Shown one piece after another: positions 10,997 through 20,649 of a stretch of DNA of 31,773 nucleotides. Made by a program: the position numbers and the translations under genes. Location: NCBI GenBank assembly GCA_005884985.1, contig VAYK01000013.1, positions 1-31,773 of the forward strand. Reading direction: 5' to 3'. The stretch is from Actinomycetota bacterium (GTDB lineage Bacteria; Actinomycetota; Thermoleophilia; Solirubrobacterales; 70-9). Within the stretch, counting starts at the first letter, position 1, and the number at the start of each line of letters is the position of its first letter. The notes under the pieces are model-generated. The model was given only the letters and a program-made list of their open reading frames with translations, searched no databases and had not been told where the DNA came from.

Positions 10997-11530
10997 CTAG
11001 AACGCGCCGCCCGCCGCCGGGGGAGCGGTGGGATCGTCGCCCTCCTGACCCAGACCCTCACGGGCGAGGTACTCCTCCACCAGCAGCGCGTTGTCCGCTG
11101 ACCGCTCGACCACCCTCAGCAGGTCGGTCATCGTCGACACCTCCTCGACCTGCTCCTTGACGAACCACTGCATGAACTGCTCGGCCTGGAAGTCGCCGTT
11201 GTCGCGGGCGAGCTTGAACAGCGCGTTGATCTCCTCGGTGACCCGATTCTCCTGGTCGAGCGCCATCCGCACCGGCGCAACGACGTTGTCGAAGCGGGTC
11301 AGCTTCGCCTCGATGTCGGGGATCCGCACCTCCTGGTTGGCGTCGAGCAGGTACTGGACCATCATCATCGCGTGGTTTCGCTCCTCAACCGCCTGGCGGT
11401 AGAAGAAGGCGGCCAGGCGGGGGAGGGTCTCTGACTCGTAGTAGACGGCCGCGCCGATGTACTGCTGGTGGGCGCCGAACTCGTTTGCGATCTGCTCGTT
11501 GAGCGCCTCGGCGAAAGGCTTCTGTGCCAT
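10997..11530 (-). CDS. Non-heme ferritin
   Basis: LNEQIANEF..HQQY, EERNHA, ALDQE and FMQWFVKEQVEE ferroxidase motifs. AGGAGG RBS just before ATG 11530. Confidence 0.93.
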   Translation of the reverse strand: MAQKPFAEALNEQIANEFGAHQQYIGAAVYYESETLPRLAAFFYRQAVEERNHAMMMVQYLLDANQEVRIPDIEAKLTRFDNVVAPVRMALDQENRVTEEINALFKLARDNGDFQAEQFMQWFVKEQVEEVSTMTDLLRVVERSADNALLVEEYLAREGLGQEGDDPTAPPAAGGAF

Positions 11531-11606
11531 CGGACCTCCTCGTCTCGTTACGGCGCAGGCTATCCGCGCTGGTCTTGGAACGGCGGTTCGCTCGGCGACC
11601 CGCGCA

Positions 11607-12692
11607 CTAGCGATCCGCCCACTCGCCCCAGCGAAAGCCGGTAGCCGAGGGCGACGGCTCGAGCGGGCTGGAGGGCAGCCCGTCGGGCACGCTCGGATCG
11701 TTGTAGCCGGAGGGGGCGACGTCGTTGGGCGTGTCGGGGTGGAAAAGCGAGGCCAGGTACTGGATCTGGCCGCGCCCGGGCCCCACCTCTCCCTGACCGC
11801 CGCCATAGATCGCGATTCCCTCGCGGTCGCAGTGCTCGTAGACGGCGAACAGCTCGCTCAGGGAGCCGAACCGCGACGGCTTCGAGTTGATCGCCCGCGG
11901 CTGGCGCTCGAGCGCCTCGATGTCGGCTAGCGAGTGAAGCGGCGCGTCCCAGGTGATCCGATCGGCGTGCGGCTCGAGCACGGGCCGGGTCTCGTCGTTC
12001 AGATCGGGGTCCTCGAGGTAGGCGTCGGGGAAGGTCTCGGCGACGGCGCGGTAGAGCTCGGGGTCGGTCTCGACGTCGACCGGCGTGCCGCGGTAAAGCC
12101 CCTTCAGGTCGAGGACGTCGACGCCCGCGATCTCCGCCAGCTCCGCGATCAGCTCGGCGTCCCAGTCGTTCTCGGGGTCGAGCTTGAAGCGCAGCGTCGG
12201 GTACTTCTCGAGTCGCCGGCGAACCGGCTCGGTGGTCGAGCGGGGGTGCTCGTCCCCGAAGCTGGAGAGGCGGGTGGAGCAGACGAAGGTGACTGGTCTC
12301 GGCTCGCGCCTCAGGGCCTCGTGCAGCGGGAGGTCGTTCTGGCGCAGCGCGAGGTCGAGCGCCGCGCTCTCATAGGCCCAGCGACGATAGTGGCGCGAGG
12401 CCTCGCGCACCGGCGCCGCGGCGGCGAACAGGTCGAGTTTGCCGAGCAGCTCGCAGAGCTCGCCCAGGGTCTTGGGACCGCTGAGATCGTGGACGGGTCC
12501 CGCGTCGCGGTGGGCGATGTGGTCGAGGACGTCGTAGACGACGTCCTCGCCGATGCCCTCCTGCCCCCTGCCCCGCAGGCTGATCACCGTCGACCCGCGC
12601 GTGAACTGGGGCGAGTACTCGCGGTCGTGGCCCTCGAGCTCGTACGAGGTGACCTCGATCGGCAGCCCGGCGACCTGCTCGAACACGCTCAC
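11607..12692 (-). CDS. Enolase (mandelate racemase-like) superfamily protein of unknown function
   Basis: N-terminal GEGIGE..Y and YRRWAYESAALDLAL capping domain. Barrel motifs FKLDP, DLKG, YLEDP, TWDAP, INSKPSRFG. GTG 12692 with upstream GGAG. Confidence 0.8.
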   Translation of the reverse strand: MSVFEQVAGLPIEVTSYELEGHDREYSPQFTRGSTVISLRGRGQEGIGEDVVYDVLDHIAHRDAGPVHDLSGPKTLGELCELLGKLDLFAAAAPVREASRHYRRWAYESAALDLALRQNDLPLHEALRREPRPVTFVCSTRLSSFGDEHPRSTTEPVRRRLEKYPTLRFKLDPENDWDAELIAELAEIAGVDVLDLKGLYRGTPVDVETDPELYRAVAETFPDAYLEDPDLNDETRPVLEPHADRITWDAPLHSLADIEALERQPRAINSKPSRFGSLSELFAVYEHCDREGIAIYGGGQGEVGPGRGQIQYLASLFHPDTPNDVAPSGYNDPSVPDGLPSSPLEPSPSATGFRWGEWADR

Positions 12693-12808
12693 GGCTCCAA
12701 GGCTATTGATACGAAGGCGAAACGATCTGACTTCCCACGCGACTGCGGATATGTTGCGACCGCAACCGAAAATCGCAACCACGGAAGAGCTAGAGGAAGG
12801 AGAGGAAG

Positions 12809-13489
12809 TTGGCGGAGCTAGACGCGGACGCCGGCGCTGGCCTCAAGGCGCTTGGACTCAACTGCACCCTGAAGAAGTCACCGGAGAGGTCCCACACCGA
12901 GGCGCTGATGGGCCGGGTATCCAGCCTGCTCTCCGAGCACGGTGTGGAGACGGAGCTCCTGCGCCCGGTCGACTACGCGATCGCCTTCGGGGTCAGCTCG
13001 GACGAGGGCGACGGCGACGAGTGGCCGCAGATCCTCGACAAGATCAAGGCCGCCGACATTCTCTTGATGGGGATGTCGATCTGGTTCGGGCATCGCTCCT
13101 CGGTCGCGCAGCTGGTGATCGAGCGCCTCGACGGCACCTACAACGAACGCAACGAGGTCGGCCAGTACCCGCTCTATAACAAGGTGGCCGGCGTGGTGGT
13201 GACCGGCAACGAGGACGGCGCCCACGCGTGCGCGGAATCCACGCTCTTCAACATGACCCACCTCGGCTGCGTGGTGCCCCCGAACGTCGACACCTACTGG
13301 GTGGGCGATGCCGGTCCCGGCCCCTCCTACCTCGATGCGGGTGGTCCCGAGCACGCGTACACGCAGCGGACGAGCTCCTGGTGCGCGCACAACCTCCTGC
13401 ACATGGCACGGATCATGCGCGATAACCCGATCCCCCCGATCGGGAACACCCTGGACGAGCACGGCGGCGACGCCGTGCATGGTGGGTAG
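12809..13489 (+). CDS. Flavodoxin-like / NADPH-dependent FMN reductase family protein
   Basis: LNCTLKKSPERSHT, DEWPQI..KIKAADIL...SIWFG, VIERL, KVAGVVVTGNEDGA. Purine-rich RBS before the TTG. Confidence 0.88.
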   Translation: MAELDADAGAGLKALGLNCTLKKSPERSHTEALMGRVSSLLSEHGVETELLRPVDYAIAFGVSSDEGDGDEWPQILDKIKAADILLMGMSIWFGHRSSVAQLVIERLDGTYNERNEVGQYPLYNKVAGVVVTGNEDGAHACAESTLFNMTHLGCVVPPNVDTYWVGDAGPGPSYLDAGGPEHAYTQRTSSWCAHNLLHMARIMRDNPIPPIGNTLDEHGGDAVHGG

Positions 13490-13498
13490 CCGGGCTGT

Positions 13499-14494
13499 GT
13501 GATCCCGACGATCGCGCTGCTCGGCGACGTGATGCTCGGGCGGCTGGTCGCCGAGCGGGTCGCCGACCAGCCGCCCGAGGAAGTCTGGGCACCCGAGGTC
13601 CGGGAGCTCTGCGGCTCGTGTGACCTCGTGATCTGCAACCTCGAGTGCTGCATCTCGTCGCGTGGTGAGCCGACGGCGCGCGTCCGCGACAAACCCTTTT
13701 TCTTTCGTGGGCCGCCGGAGGCGGTGCTGTCCCTCCAGGCGATCGGCGTTCGTGCGGTCGGCCTGGCCAACAACCACGCGCTCGACTACGAGGCCGAGGC
13801 GCTGATCGAGACGCTCGAGCTGCTCGCGCAAGCCGGGATCGCCGTCGCAGGATCCGGCCGGGACGAGTTCGAGGCGCGGCGCGGGGCGATCGTCGAGGCC
13901 GGGGGTCGGCGGCTCGGGCTGGTGGCCGTCTCCGACCATCCGCGCGAGTTTGCGGCCGACCCGGACTCTCCGGGAATCGCATACGCCAACCTGCGCCGTG
14001 GCGTTCCCAACTGGCTCGCCGACGAGCTGGCGCGACTCGACCGCGAATGCGACCACGTGGTGGCCTTCCCCCACTGGGGCCCCAACATGACCACGCAGCC
14101 GGCGGGCTGGCAGCGCCGGGCGGCGGAGCAGCTACAGGAGGCGGGCGCCGATCTGGTCGCGGGCCACTCGGCACATGTCTTTCACGCTGCCGGGTGGGGG
14201 CGGCGCGGCCCGTTGGTGTTCGATCTCGGCGACGCCCTCGACGACTACGCGGTGGACCGGCGGCTGCGAAACGACCTCGGCCTGATCGCGCTGTGGAGGC
14301 CAGGCGATCCCGAGGCCGAGCTGGAGCTCGTCGGCCTGGCCCTGGACTTCTGCCACACCCGACTCGCCGTCGGCGAGGAGGCCGAGTGGATCGCGCGGCG
14401 GCTGGCGCGAGCGTGCGCGGCGCTGGGAACCGTGGTCGAGCGGACCGCCGAGCAGCGCTTTCGCGCCACGCCGCGCGATCCCCCACAGGCGTGA
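13499..14494 (+). CDS. CapA family (poly-gamma-glutamate synthesis-like) metallophosphoesterase
   Basis: LLGDVMLGR, CNLECCIS, LANNHALD, PHWG, GHSAH and DLGD motifs. Confidence 0.9.
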   Translation: MIPTIALLGDVMLGRLVAERVADQPPEEVWAPEVRELCGSCDLVICNLECCISSRGEPTARVRDKPFFFRGPPEAVLSLQAIGVRAVGLANNHALDYEAEALIETLELLAQAGIAVAGSGRDEFEARRGAIVEAGGRRLGLVAVSDHPREFAADPDSPGIAYANLRRGVPNWLADELARLDRECDHVVAFPHWGPNMTTQPAGWQRRAAEQLQEAGADLVAGHSAHVFHAAGWGRRGPLVFDLGDALDDYAVDRRLRNDLGLIALWRPGDPEAELELVGLALDFCHTRLAVGEEAEWIARRLARACAALGTVVERTAEQRFRATPRDPPQA

Positions 14495-14509
14495 GGGCCC
14501 GTCGCGGCG

Positions 14510-14515
14510 TAGCCT
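14510..14515 (+). promoter_or_regulatory. -10 box (TAGCCT) of a probable leaderless hutH transcript
   Basis: Hexamer ends 7 nt before ATG 14523; no SD seen. Confidence 0.45.
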
Positions 14516-14522
14516 GGCGACC

Positions 14523-16055
14523 ATGATCGAGCTCTCCACCAAGAGGCTCGAGCTCCGTGATGTCGTCGCGGTCGCTCGCCAGGACGCCGAGGTGGTGCTG
14601 AGCGACGAGGCGCGGCGGGCGATGGCGGAGAGCGCCACGATCGTCCAGCGGCTGGCCGACTCCGACGAGCCCGTCTACGGCGTCTCGACCGGATTCGGCT
14701 CGCTGGCGACAACGCCGATCCCGGCCAAGCGGCGCACTGAGCTTCAGCGGGCCCTGCTCCGCTCTCACGCGGGGGGCATGGGCCCCCCCGTCGAGCGCGA
14801 GGTGGTGCGGGCGATGATGCTGCTTCGCGCTCGCACCCTGGCGATGGGCTACTCCGGCACGCGGCCCGAGGTGGCCGAGGCGATCCTGGTCATGCTGAAC
14901 GCCGGACTCACTCCCGTGGTCCCGGAGCATGGCTCGCTCGGGGCGAGCGGCGACCTCGCCCCGCTGGCGCACTGCGGACTGGCCCTGATCGGGGAAGGCG
15001 AGGTGTTCGCACGCCGGAGCGAGCGCCTCGCCACAGCCGAAGCGCTGGCCGCGAGGGGGATGGAGCCGTTGACGCTGACCGCCAAGGAGGGCCTGGCGCT
15101 GATCAACGGCACCGACGGCATGCTCGGCATCCTGGCGCTGGCCATCAACGACCTCGAGCGGCTCTTGCGGGTGGCCGACGTGAGCGCCGCGATGTCGGTC
15201 GAGGCGCTGCTCGGGACAGACCGCGCCTTCGCCGACGATCTGATCGCCCTGCGCCCGCAGCCCGGCCAGGGGGCGAGCGCGGCCAACATGCACCGCCTCC
15301 TGGAGGACTCGCCGATTGTCGCCAGCCACCGCGAGAACGATCCGCGCGTGCAAGACGCCTACTCCTTGCGCTGCGCGCCGCAGGTGAACGGTGCCGCCCG
15401 CGACACCCTGGCTCATTCTCGGCGAGTCGCGGAGGCGGAGCTCGCCTCGGCGATCGACAACCCGATGATCCTTCCGGACGGCCGGGTCGAGTCGTGCGGG
15501 AACTTCCACGGCGCTCCGGTGGCTTTGGCGTGCGACTTCCTGGCGATCGCCTCCGCCGAGGTCGGCGCGATCGCCGAGCGGCGAACCGACCGCCTCCTCG
15601 ACCCGGCTCGCTCACAGGGCCTGCCTCCCTTCCTGGCCGAGGGTCCGGGCGTCAACTCCGGGCTGATGCTCGCCCAGTACACGCAGGCGGCCATGGTCGC
15701 CGAGAATCGCCGTCTGGCAGCGCCGGCCAGCGTCGATTCGCTGCCGACCAGCGCCATGCAGGAGGATCACGTGCCGATGGGTTGGGGAGCGGCCCGGAAG
15801 CTGCGCACCTCGATCTCCAATCTCGCGGCCATCCTCGCGATTGAGCTGGTCGTCGCCGCCCGCGGCCTCGATCTGCGGGCCCCGCTCGAGCCCGGGGCCG
15901 GCACGGCCGCGGCATTGGGGGCCGTGAGGGCCGCCGGCGTCCCCGGCACGGGACCCGACCGGTGGCTTGCCCCGGAGCTGGCGGCCGCGGAGAGCCTGGT
16001 CGCATCCGGCGACCTCCTGGCGGCCGTCGAGGGCTCGGTCGGAGAGCTCGAGTGA
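14523..16055 (+). CDS. hutH: Histidine ammonia-lyase
   Basis: [23 protein letters not shown] (MIO-forming ASG), [33 protein letters not shown]. Confidence 0.97.
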   Translation: MIELSTKRLELRDVVAVARQDAEVVLSDEARRAMAESATIVQRLADSDEPVYGVSTGFGSLATTPIPAKRRTELQRALLRSHAGGMGPPVEREVVRAMMLLRARTLAMGYSGTRPEVAEAILVMLNAGLTPVVPEHGSLGASGDLAPLAHCGLALIGEGEVFARRSERLATAEALAARGMEPLTLTAKEGLALINGTDGMLGILALAINDLERLLRVADVSAAMSVEALLGTDRAFADDLIALRPQPGQGASAANMHRLLEDSPIVASHRENDPRVQDAYSLRCAPQVNGAARDTLAHSRRVAEAELASAIDNPMILPDGRVESCGNFHGAPVALACDFLAIASAEVGAIAERRTDRLLDPARSQGLPPFLAEGPGVNSGLMLAQYTQAAMVAENRRLAAPASVDSLPTSAMQEDHVPMGWGAARKLRTSISNLAAILAIELVVAARGLDLRAPLEPGAGTAAALGAVRAAGVPGTGPDRWLAPELAAAESLVASGDLLAAVEGSVGELE

Positions 16056-17710
16056 GCGGTCCACGGGAGGTGCGCGCCCCGACGGGAGCCAGGATCTCCT
16101 GCCGCGGATGGCAGCAGGAGGCGCCGATGCGGATGCTGATGAACAACCTCGACCCAGAGGTCGCCGAGCGGCCCGACGACCTCGTCGTTTACGGAGGGAC
16201 CGGGCGGGCTGCGAGGTCCTGGGAGGCGTTCGATGCGATCGTGGCCACCCTGCGCACCCTAGGCGATGACGAGACGATGCTCGTCCAATCGGGTAAGCCC
16301 GTTGGCGTCTTTCGCACCCACGAGTGGGCCCCCCGGGTCCTGATCGCCAACTCCAACCTGGTCCCCGATTGGGCGAGCTGGGAGGAATTCCGAAGGCTCG
16401 AGCAGCTCGGGCTGACCATGTACGGCCAGATGACCGCGGGCTCGTGGATCTACATCGGAAGCCAGGGAATCGTCCAGGGGACCTACGAGTGCTTCGCCGA
16501 GATCTCCCGTCGCCGCTTCGGGGGCTCGCTGGCCGGCACGATCACGCTCACCGCAGGCCTCGGCGGCATGGGCGGCGCCCAGCCGCTGGCGGTGACCATG
16601 AACGGCGGCGTCGCGCTCTGCGTCGAGGTCGACCCGCAAAGGATCCGCCGCCGGTTGGAGACCCGCTACCTCGACGAGCAGGTCGAGAACCTCGCCGACG
16701 CGGTCTCTCGCTGTGAGGCGGCAAAGGCCGAGCGGCGCCCGCTCAGCGTCGGCCTGTGCGCCAACGCGGCCGACGTGGTGCCGGAATTGCGCCGGATGGG
16801 ATTCGAGGCCGACATCGTCACCGATCAGACCTCAGCACACGATCCCCTGAACGGCTATGTGCCCAACCTGATCACCCCGCAGGAGGCCGGGGAGCTTCGC
16901 GAGGCCGACCCCGACGAGTACGTGCGTCGCGCGCGGGCAGCCTGTGCGGCGCACTGCGCCGCCATGGTGGGCTTCCTCGACGACGGATCGGAGGTCTTCG
17001 ACTACGGCAACAGCCTGCGCGCGGAGGCTCAGCTCGGCGGCTTCGAGCGGGCCTTCGCCTACCCTGGCTTCGTCCCCGCCTACATAAGGCCGCTGTTCTG
17101 CGAGGGCAAGGGACCGTTCCGCTGGGTGGCGCTGTCCGGCGAGGAGGCTGACATCGAGGCGACCGACCGCGCGGTGCTCGAGGAGATCCCGGGCGATCCA
17201 GCCCTGGAGCGCTGGATCCGGCTGGCCGGCGAGCGGATCGCCTACCAGGGGTTGCCGGCGAGGATCTGCTGGGCCGGCTACGGCGAGCGCCACCGGCTCG
17301 GGCTGCGATTCAACGACATGGTGCGCTCGGGAGAACTCCGAGCGCCGATCGTGATCGGCCGCGACCACCTCGATTCCGGCTCGGTGGCGTCTCCCTACCG
17401 CGAAACGGAGTCGATGGTCGACGGCTCGGACGCGATCGCCGACTGGCCGCTCTTGAACGCGCTCGTAAACACCGCCGCCGGAGCCTCGTGGGTCAGCATT
17501 CACCACGGGGGCGGCGTCGGGATCGGCCGCTCGATCCACGCCGGCATGGTCTGCGTCGCCGATGGGACCGATCTCGCCGCGCAGAAGTTGGAGCGGGTGC
17601 TCACCGCCGATCCGGGGACCGGGGTGATGCGACACGCCGACGCCGGGTATGACCGGGCGCGGGCGGTCGCCGCGCGGCGCGGCGTGCGGATCCCGATGGC
17701 GGCGGACTGA
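16052..17710 (+). CDS. hutU: Urocanate hydratase
   Basis: GTGA overlap with the hutH stop. [63 protein letters not shown]. Confidence 0.97.
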   Translation: MSGPREVRAPTGARISCRGWQQEAPMRMLMNNLDPEVAERPDDLVVYGGTGRAARSWEAFDAIVATLRTLGDDETMLVQSGKPVGVFRTHEWAPRVLIANSNLVPDWASWEEFRRLEQLGLTMYGQMTAGSWIYIGSQGIVQGTYECFAEISRRRFGGSLAGTITLTAGLGGMGGAQPLAVTMNGGVALCVEVDPQRIRRRLETRYLDEQVENLADAVSRCEAAKAERRPLSVGLCANAADVVPELRRMGFEADIVTDQTSAHDPLNGYVPNLITPQEAGELREADPDEYVRRARAACAAHCAAMVGFLDDGSEVFDYGNSLRAEAQLGGFERAFAYPGFVPAYIRPLFCEGKGPFRWVALSGEEADIEATDRAVLEEIPGDPALERWIRLAGERIAYQGLPARICWAGYGERHRLGLRFNDMVRSGELRAPIVIGRDHLDSGSVASPYRETESMVDGSDAIADWPLLNALVNTAAGASWVSIHHGGGVGIGRSIHAGMVCVADGTDLAAQKLERVLTADPGTGVMRHADAGYDRARAVAARRGVRIPMAAD

Positions 17711-17721
17711 GAGGGCTGGGC

Positions 17722-18981
17722 GTGAGCTCGCCCGCGTCCCCGGCCCAGACCATATGCCTGACCAAAGCCGCGCAGGTCGTGCGGCCGCCCGAGGACGGGC
17801 TGCCGTTCCTTCGGCACGATCGCGCCGCAGAGCTTCGTTTCGACCCGGTCCCTGTGACGATCGCGGGCGGCACGATCGCCGCCTTCGCGGAGACCGACGC
17901 AGAGCTTCGCATCGACGCCTCCGGCTGCGCGGTGGTGCCCGGCTTCGTCGACTGCCACACGCATCTTCCGTTCGCCGGATGGCGGGCCGGCGAGTACGAG
18001 CTCAAGGTCAGCGGCGCCAGCTACGAGGAGATCGCCCGGGCAGGGGGAGGAATAGCGGCGTCGGCCGCGGCCCTGGCCGAGGCCGGGGACGCCCAGGTCC
18101 TCGGCCAGGCCAAGTCGCTGGCGGACGAGATGCTGGCGTGGGGCACAACCGCCTTTGAGTGCAAAAGCGGCTACGGGCTGTCCGCCGAAGGTGAGCTCCG
18201 CGCCCTGCGGCTGGCCGATGAGCTCGATCGCTTGGTCAGTCAGACGACGGTCTCGACGGCGCTGCTCGCCCACGCGGTGCCGCCCGGCTACAGCGCGGAT
18301 GCCTGGATGGACGAGGTGGAGTCCCTGCTCCCGCGCGTCGCCGATGAGACGGATGCGACCGCCCTGGATATATACGTGGAGTCGATCGCGTTCTCCAACC
18401 AGCACCTCGCCCGCCTCGGCGAGCTCGCCGCCGACGCGGGCCTCGCGCTTCGCTGCCATGTCGAGCAGTTCACAGGTAACCGGTCGGTGCCGGTGGCGCT
18501 CGAGCACGGGGCGCGCTCGGTGGACCATCTGGCCTGCCTCCATCCGGACGACCTCGAACCGTTGGCGGCGAGCGAGTGCGCCGCGGTCCTGCTCCCGGGC
18601 GCCGAGTTCATGGCGGCCGAGCGCACCGCGCCGGCCCGTGAGCTCGCGAACGCCGGCGCGATCTGCGCCCTGGCGACGGACGCCAACCCCGGGACTTCGC
18701 CGCTGGTCTCGCTGCCGCTCGTGATCGGCCTCGCGGTGAGGCGGTACGGCTGGACGGCCGGCGAGGCGGTGCTCGCCGCTACGCACAACGCCGCCTGGGT
18801 GATCGGCTTGCACGAGCGCCTCGGGTCGCTCGAGATCGGAAAGAGCGCCGACCTCCTCCTCCTCGACGCCCCGATCGAGCACCTGCCCTACCGCCTCGGC
18901 CACAACCCGGTGCTGGCGGCCTTTCGGGCCGGCGAGCTGCTGTACGTGCGCGCCGACACTGCGGCCCGATTCGATGTCTGA
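17722..18981 (+). CDS. hutI: Imidazolonepropionase
   Basis: PGFVDCHTH, YEEIARAGGGI, ECKSGYGL, HVEQF, SVDHL, ATDANPGTSP; hut operon context. Confidence 0.93.
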   Translation: MSSPASPAQTICLTKAAQVVRPPEDGLPFLRHDRAAELRFDPVPVTIAGGTIAAFAETDAELRIDASGCAVVPGFVDCHTHLPFAGWRAGEYELKVSGASYEEIARAGGGIAASAAALAEAGDAQVLGQAKSLADEMLAWGTTAFECKSGYGLSAEGELRALRLADELDRLVSQTTVSTALLAHAVPPGYSADAWMDEVESLLPRVADETDATALDIYVESIAFSNQHLARLGELAADAGLALRCHVEQFTGNRSVPVALEHGARSVDHLACLHPDDLEPLAASECAAVLLPGAEFMAAERTAPARELANAGAICALATDANPGTSPLVSLPLVIGLAVRRYGWTAGEAVLAATHNAAWVIGLHERLGSLEIGKSADLLLLDAPIEHLPYRLGHNPVLAAFRAGELLYVRADTAARFDV

Positions 18982-20125
18982 GCCCGCGGGCCGCTACGAG
19001 ATCCCGGCGATGCCGAACGCCCACTCGCACGCCTTCCAGCGGGGCCTGCGGGCGATCGGCGAGCGACCGGCGCCGGCGACCGCGGCCAGCGACGACTTCT
19101 GGAGCTGGCGCGAGGAGATGTACCGGCTTGCGGGCTCGCTGGAGCTCGACTCGATGCACGATGCCGCCGTGGCGGCCTTCGCCGAGATGGGTCAGGCCGG
19201 CTACGGCGCCGTGGGCGAGTTCCACTATCTCCATCACCGGGCCGACGGGACGCCGTACGACGATCCGAACCAGATGGCGATCGCGGTCGCCGAGGGGGCG
19301 ATCGCCGAGGGCCTTCCGATCGTGCTCCTGCCTGCCGCCTACCACCGGGCCGGCTGGGACGGTGCCGACCTCGAGCCCGAAGGCGCGCAACGGCGGTTCT
19401 CCGACCCCGACGTCGAGACCTTCCTGGAGCGTGTCGATCGGTTGCGTGAATGGGCCGAGGGACGGGCCGAGGTGGAGGTGGGGGTGGCGGCCCACAGCGT
19501 CCGCGCCCTGCCCGCGAGCTGGCTCGAGCGGATCGCCGCCCACGCCGAGGAGCGGGGAATGGTGCGCCACGTCCACGCCTCGGAGCAGCGCCGCGAGGTC
19601 GAGGCCTGCCGCGCCGAGCATGGCTGCTCGCCGATCGCCCTGCTTCAACGGACCGGGTTCCTGGGCCCGCGGACGAGCGTTGTCCACGGGATTCACGTCG
19701 ACGCCAAGGACGTCGCCATGCTGGCGTCCACCCGGACGATCGTGATCTCGTGCCCGACCACGGAGGGAAACCTCGGCGACGGCCACTTTCCGGCGCTCGC
19801 CTATCGCGACGCCGGCGTCCGGATGGCGATCGGCAGCGACTCCCAGGTCAGGGTCGATCCCTTCGAGGAGGTCCGCGAGCTCGAGACGGGCGCCCGGCGC
19901 CAGGGGCAGACCCGCAGCGGGTTGCTCGCCGCCTACGGCGATCTCTGGGCCGAGCTCGCCGGCAACGGGGCGGCCAGCCTCGGCCTCGACCCCGATCGCC
20001 TCGACCGCGTCGAGCTCGACCTCACCCACCCGGCGCTTCGCGATGTGCCTCCCGAGGACCTCCCGCTGGCGATCGCCACCTGCGCTACCGCGAACGCGGT
20101 GGCCGGACGCGCGCCGACGGACTGA
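18974..20125 (+). CDS. hutF: Formimidoylglutamate deiminase
   Basis: MPNAHSHAFQRGL, DFWSWRE.MY, VGEFHYLHH, HSVRA, HVHASEQ, CPTTEGNLGDG, GSDS. Confidence 0.93.
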   Translation: MSEPAGRYEIPAMPNAHSHAFQRGLRAIGERPAPATAASDDFWSWREEMYRLAGSLELDSMHDAAVAAFAEMGQAGYGAVGEFHYLHHRADGTPYDDPNQMAIAVAEGAIAEGLPIVLLPAAYHRAGWDGADLEPEGAQRRFSDPDVETFLERVDRLREWAEGRAEVEVGVAAHSVRALPASWLERIAAHAEERGMVRHVHASEQRREVEACRAEHGCSPIALLQRTGFLGPRTSVVHGIHVDAKDVAMLASTRTIVISCPTTEGNLGDGHFPALAYRDAGVRMAIGSDSQVRVDPFEEVRELETGARRQGQTRSGLLAAYGDLWAELAGNGAASLGLDPDRLDRVELDLTHPALRDVPPEDLPLAIATCATANAVAGRAPTD

Positions 20126-20144
20126 CGGCGGCGGCGCCGTCAGT
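20121..20144 (+). terminator. Hairpin at the end of the hut operon
   Basis: Perfect 10-bp stem actgacggcg/cgccgtcagt with a 4-nt loop, overlapping the hutF stop. The U-tract is weak. Confidence 0.65.
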
Positions 20145-20157
20145 GTTGCCCTCGGGC

Positions 20158-20185
20158 TTGACGCCACCCAATCCGCGCGTACCGT
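20158..20185 (+). promoter_or_regulatory. Housekeeping-sigma promoter of a leaderless gene at 20191
   Basis: TTGACG-N16-TACCGT, then 5 nt to the ATG. Confidence 0.6.
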
Positions 20186-20190
20186 GTGGT

Positions 20191-20649
20191 ATGGCTCGGT
20201 ATCGGTCTGCGTTCGAAGGAAAGTCCTCACCGGAAAACGAAGGCGGAGGTCGACCCGGCGTCCTCGTCCGCTACCGCGTCTTCGGTGGTCCGGCGGCCGT
20301 CGACCAGCGCCTCACCGTGTTTGAGGACGGTGCCGTGCAGCTGGATGAGCGGCACCGCAGCCGCGACCCCACGTGGTTGCGGCTTGACGCGCCCGAGCTG
20401 GACAGGCTTCGCGCCGCGCTCGAGGAGCTGCCCGCGCGGCGCTGGTCGATCCTCGCCAGGCTGGGGCTGATGAGGGTCAAGAACCTGTTCGCCCTGTTCC
20501 CGAACCTGCGCATGCCCTCGGGCGCGCACTTCCAGCTCAAGCGGGGCCGCCGCGCGATCGTTGGGGGGACGGCCGAGGACCCGGACCTCGCGGCGCTCGT
20601 GGAGCTGCTCGACTCGCTCCGCGTGCAAGCCGTGCGCACGCATCCCCGT
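20191..20649 (+). CDS. Hypothetical protein of ~150 aa lacking a stop codon at its apparent end (formal ORF runs to 22413)
   Basis: Protein-like sequence (VLVRYRVFGGPAAVDQRLTVFEDGAVQL...LDRLRAALEEL) with typical codons and its own promoter. After ~20650 the frame is only the antisense shadow of the amidohydrolase. Confidence 0.65.
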
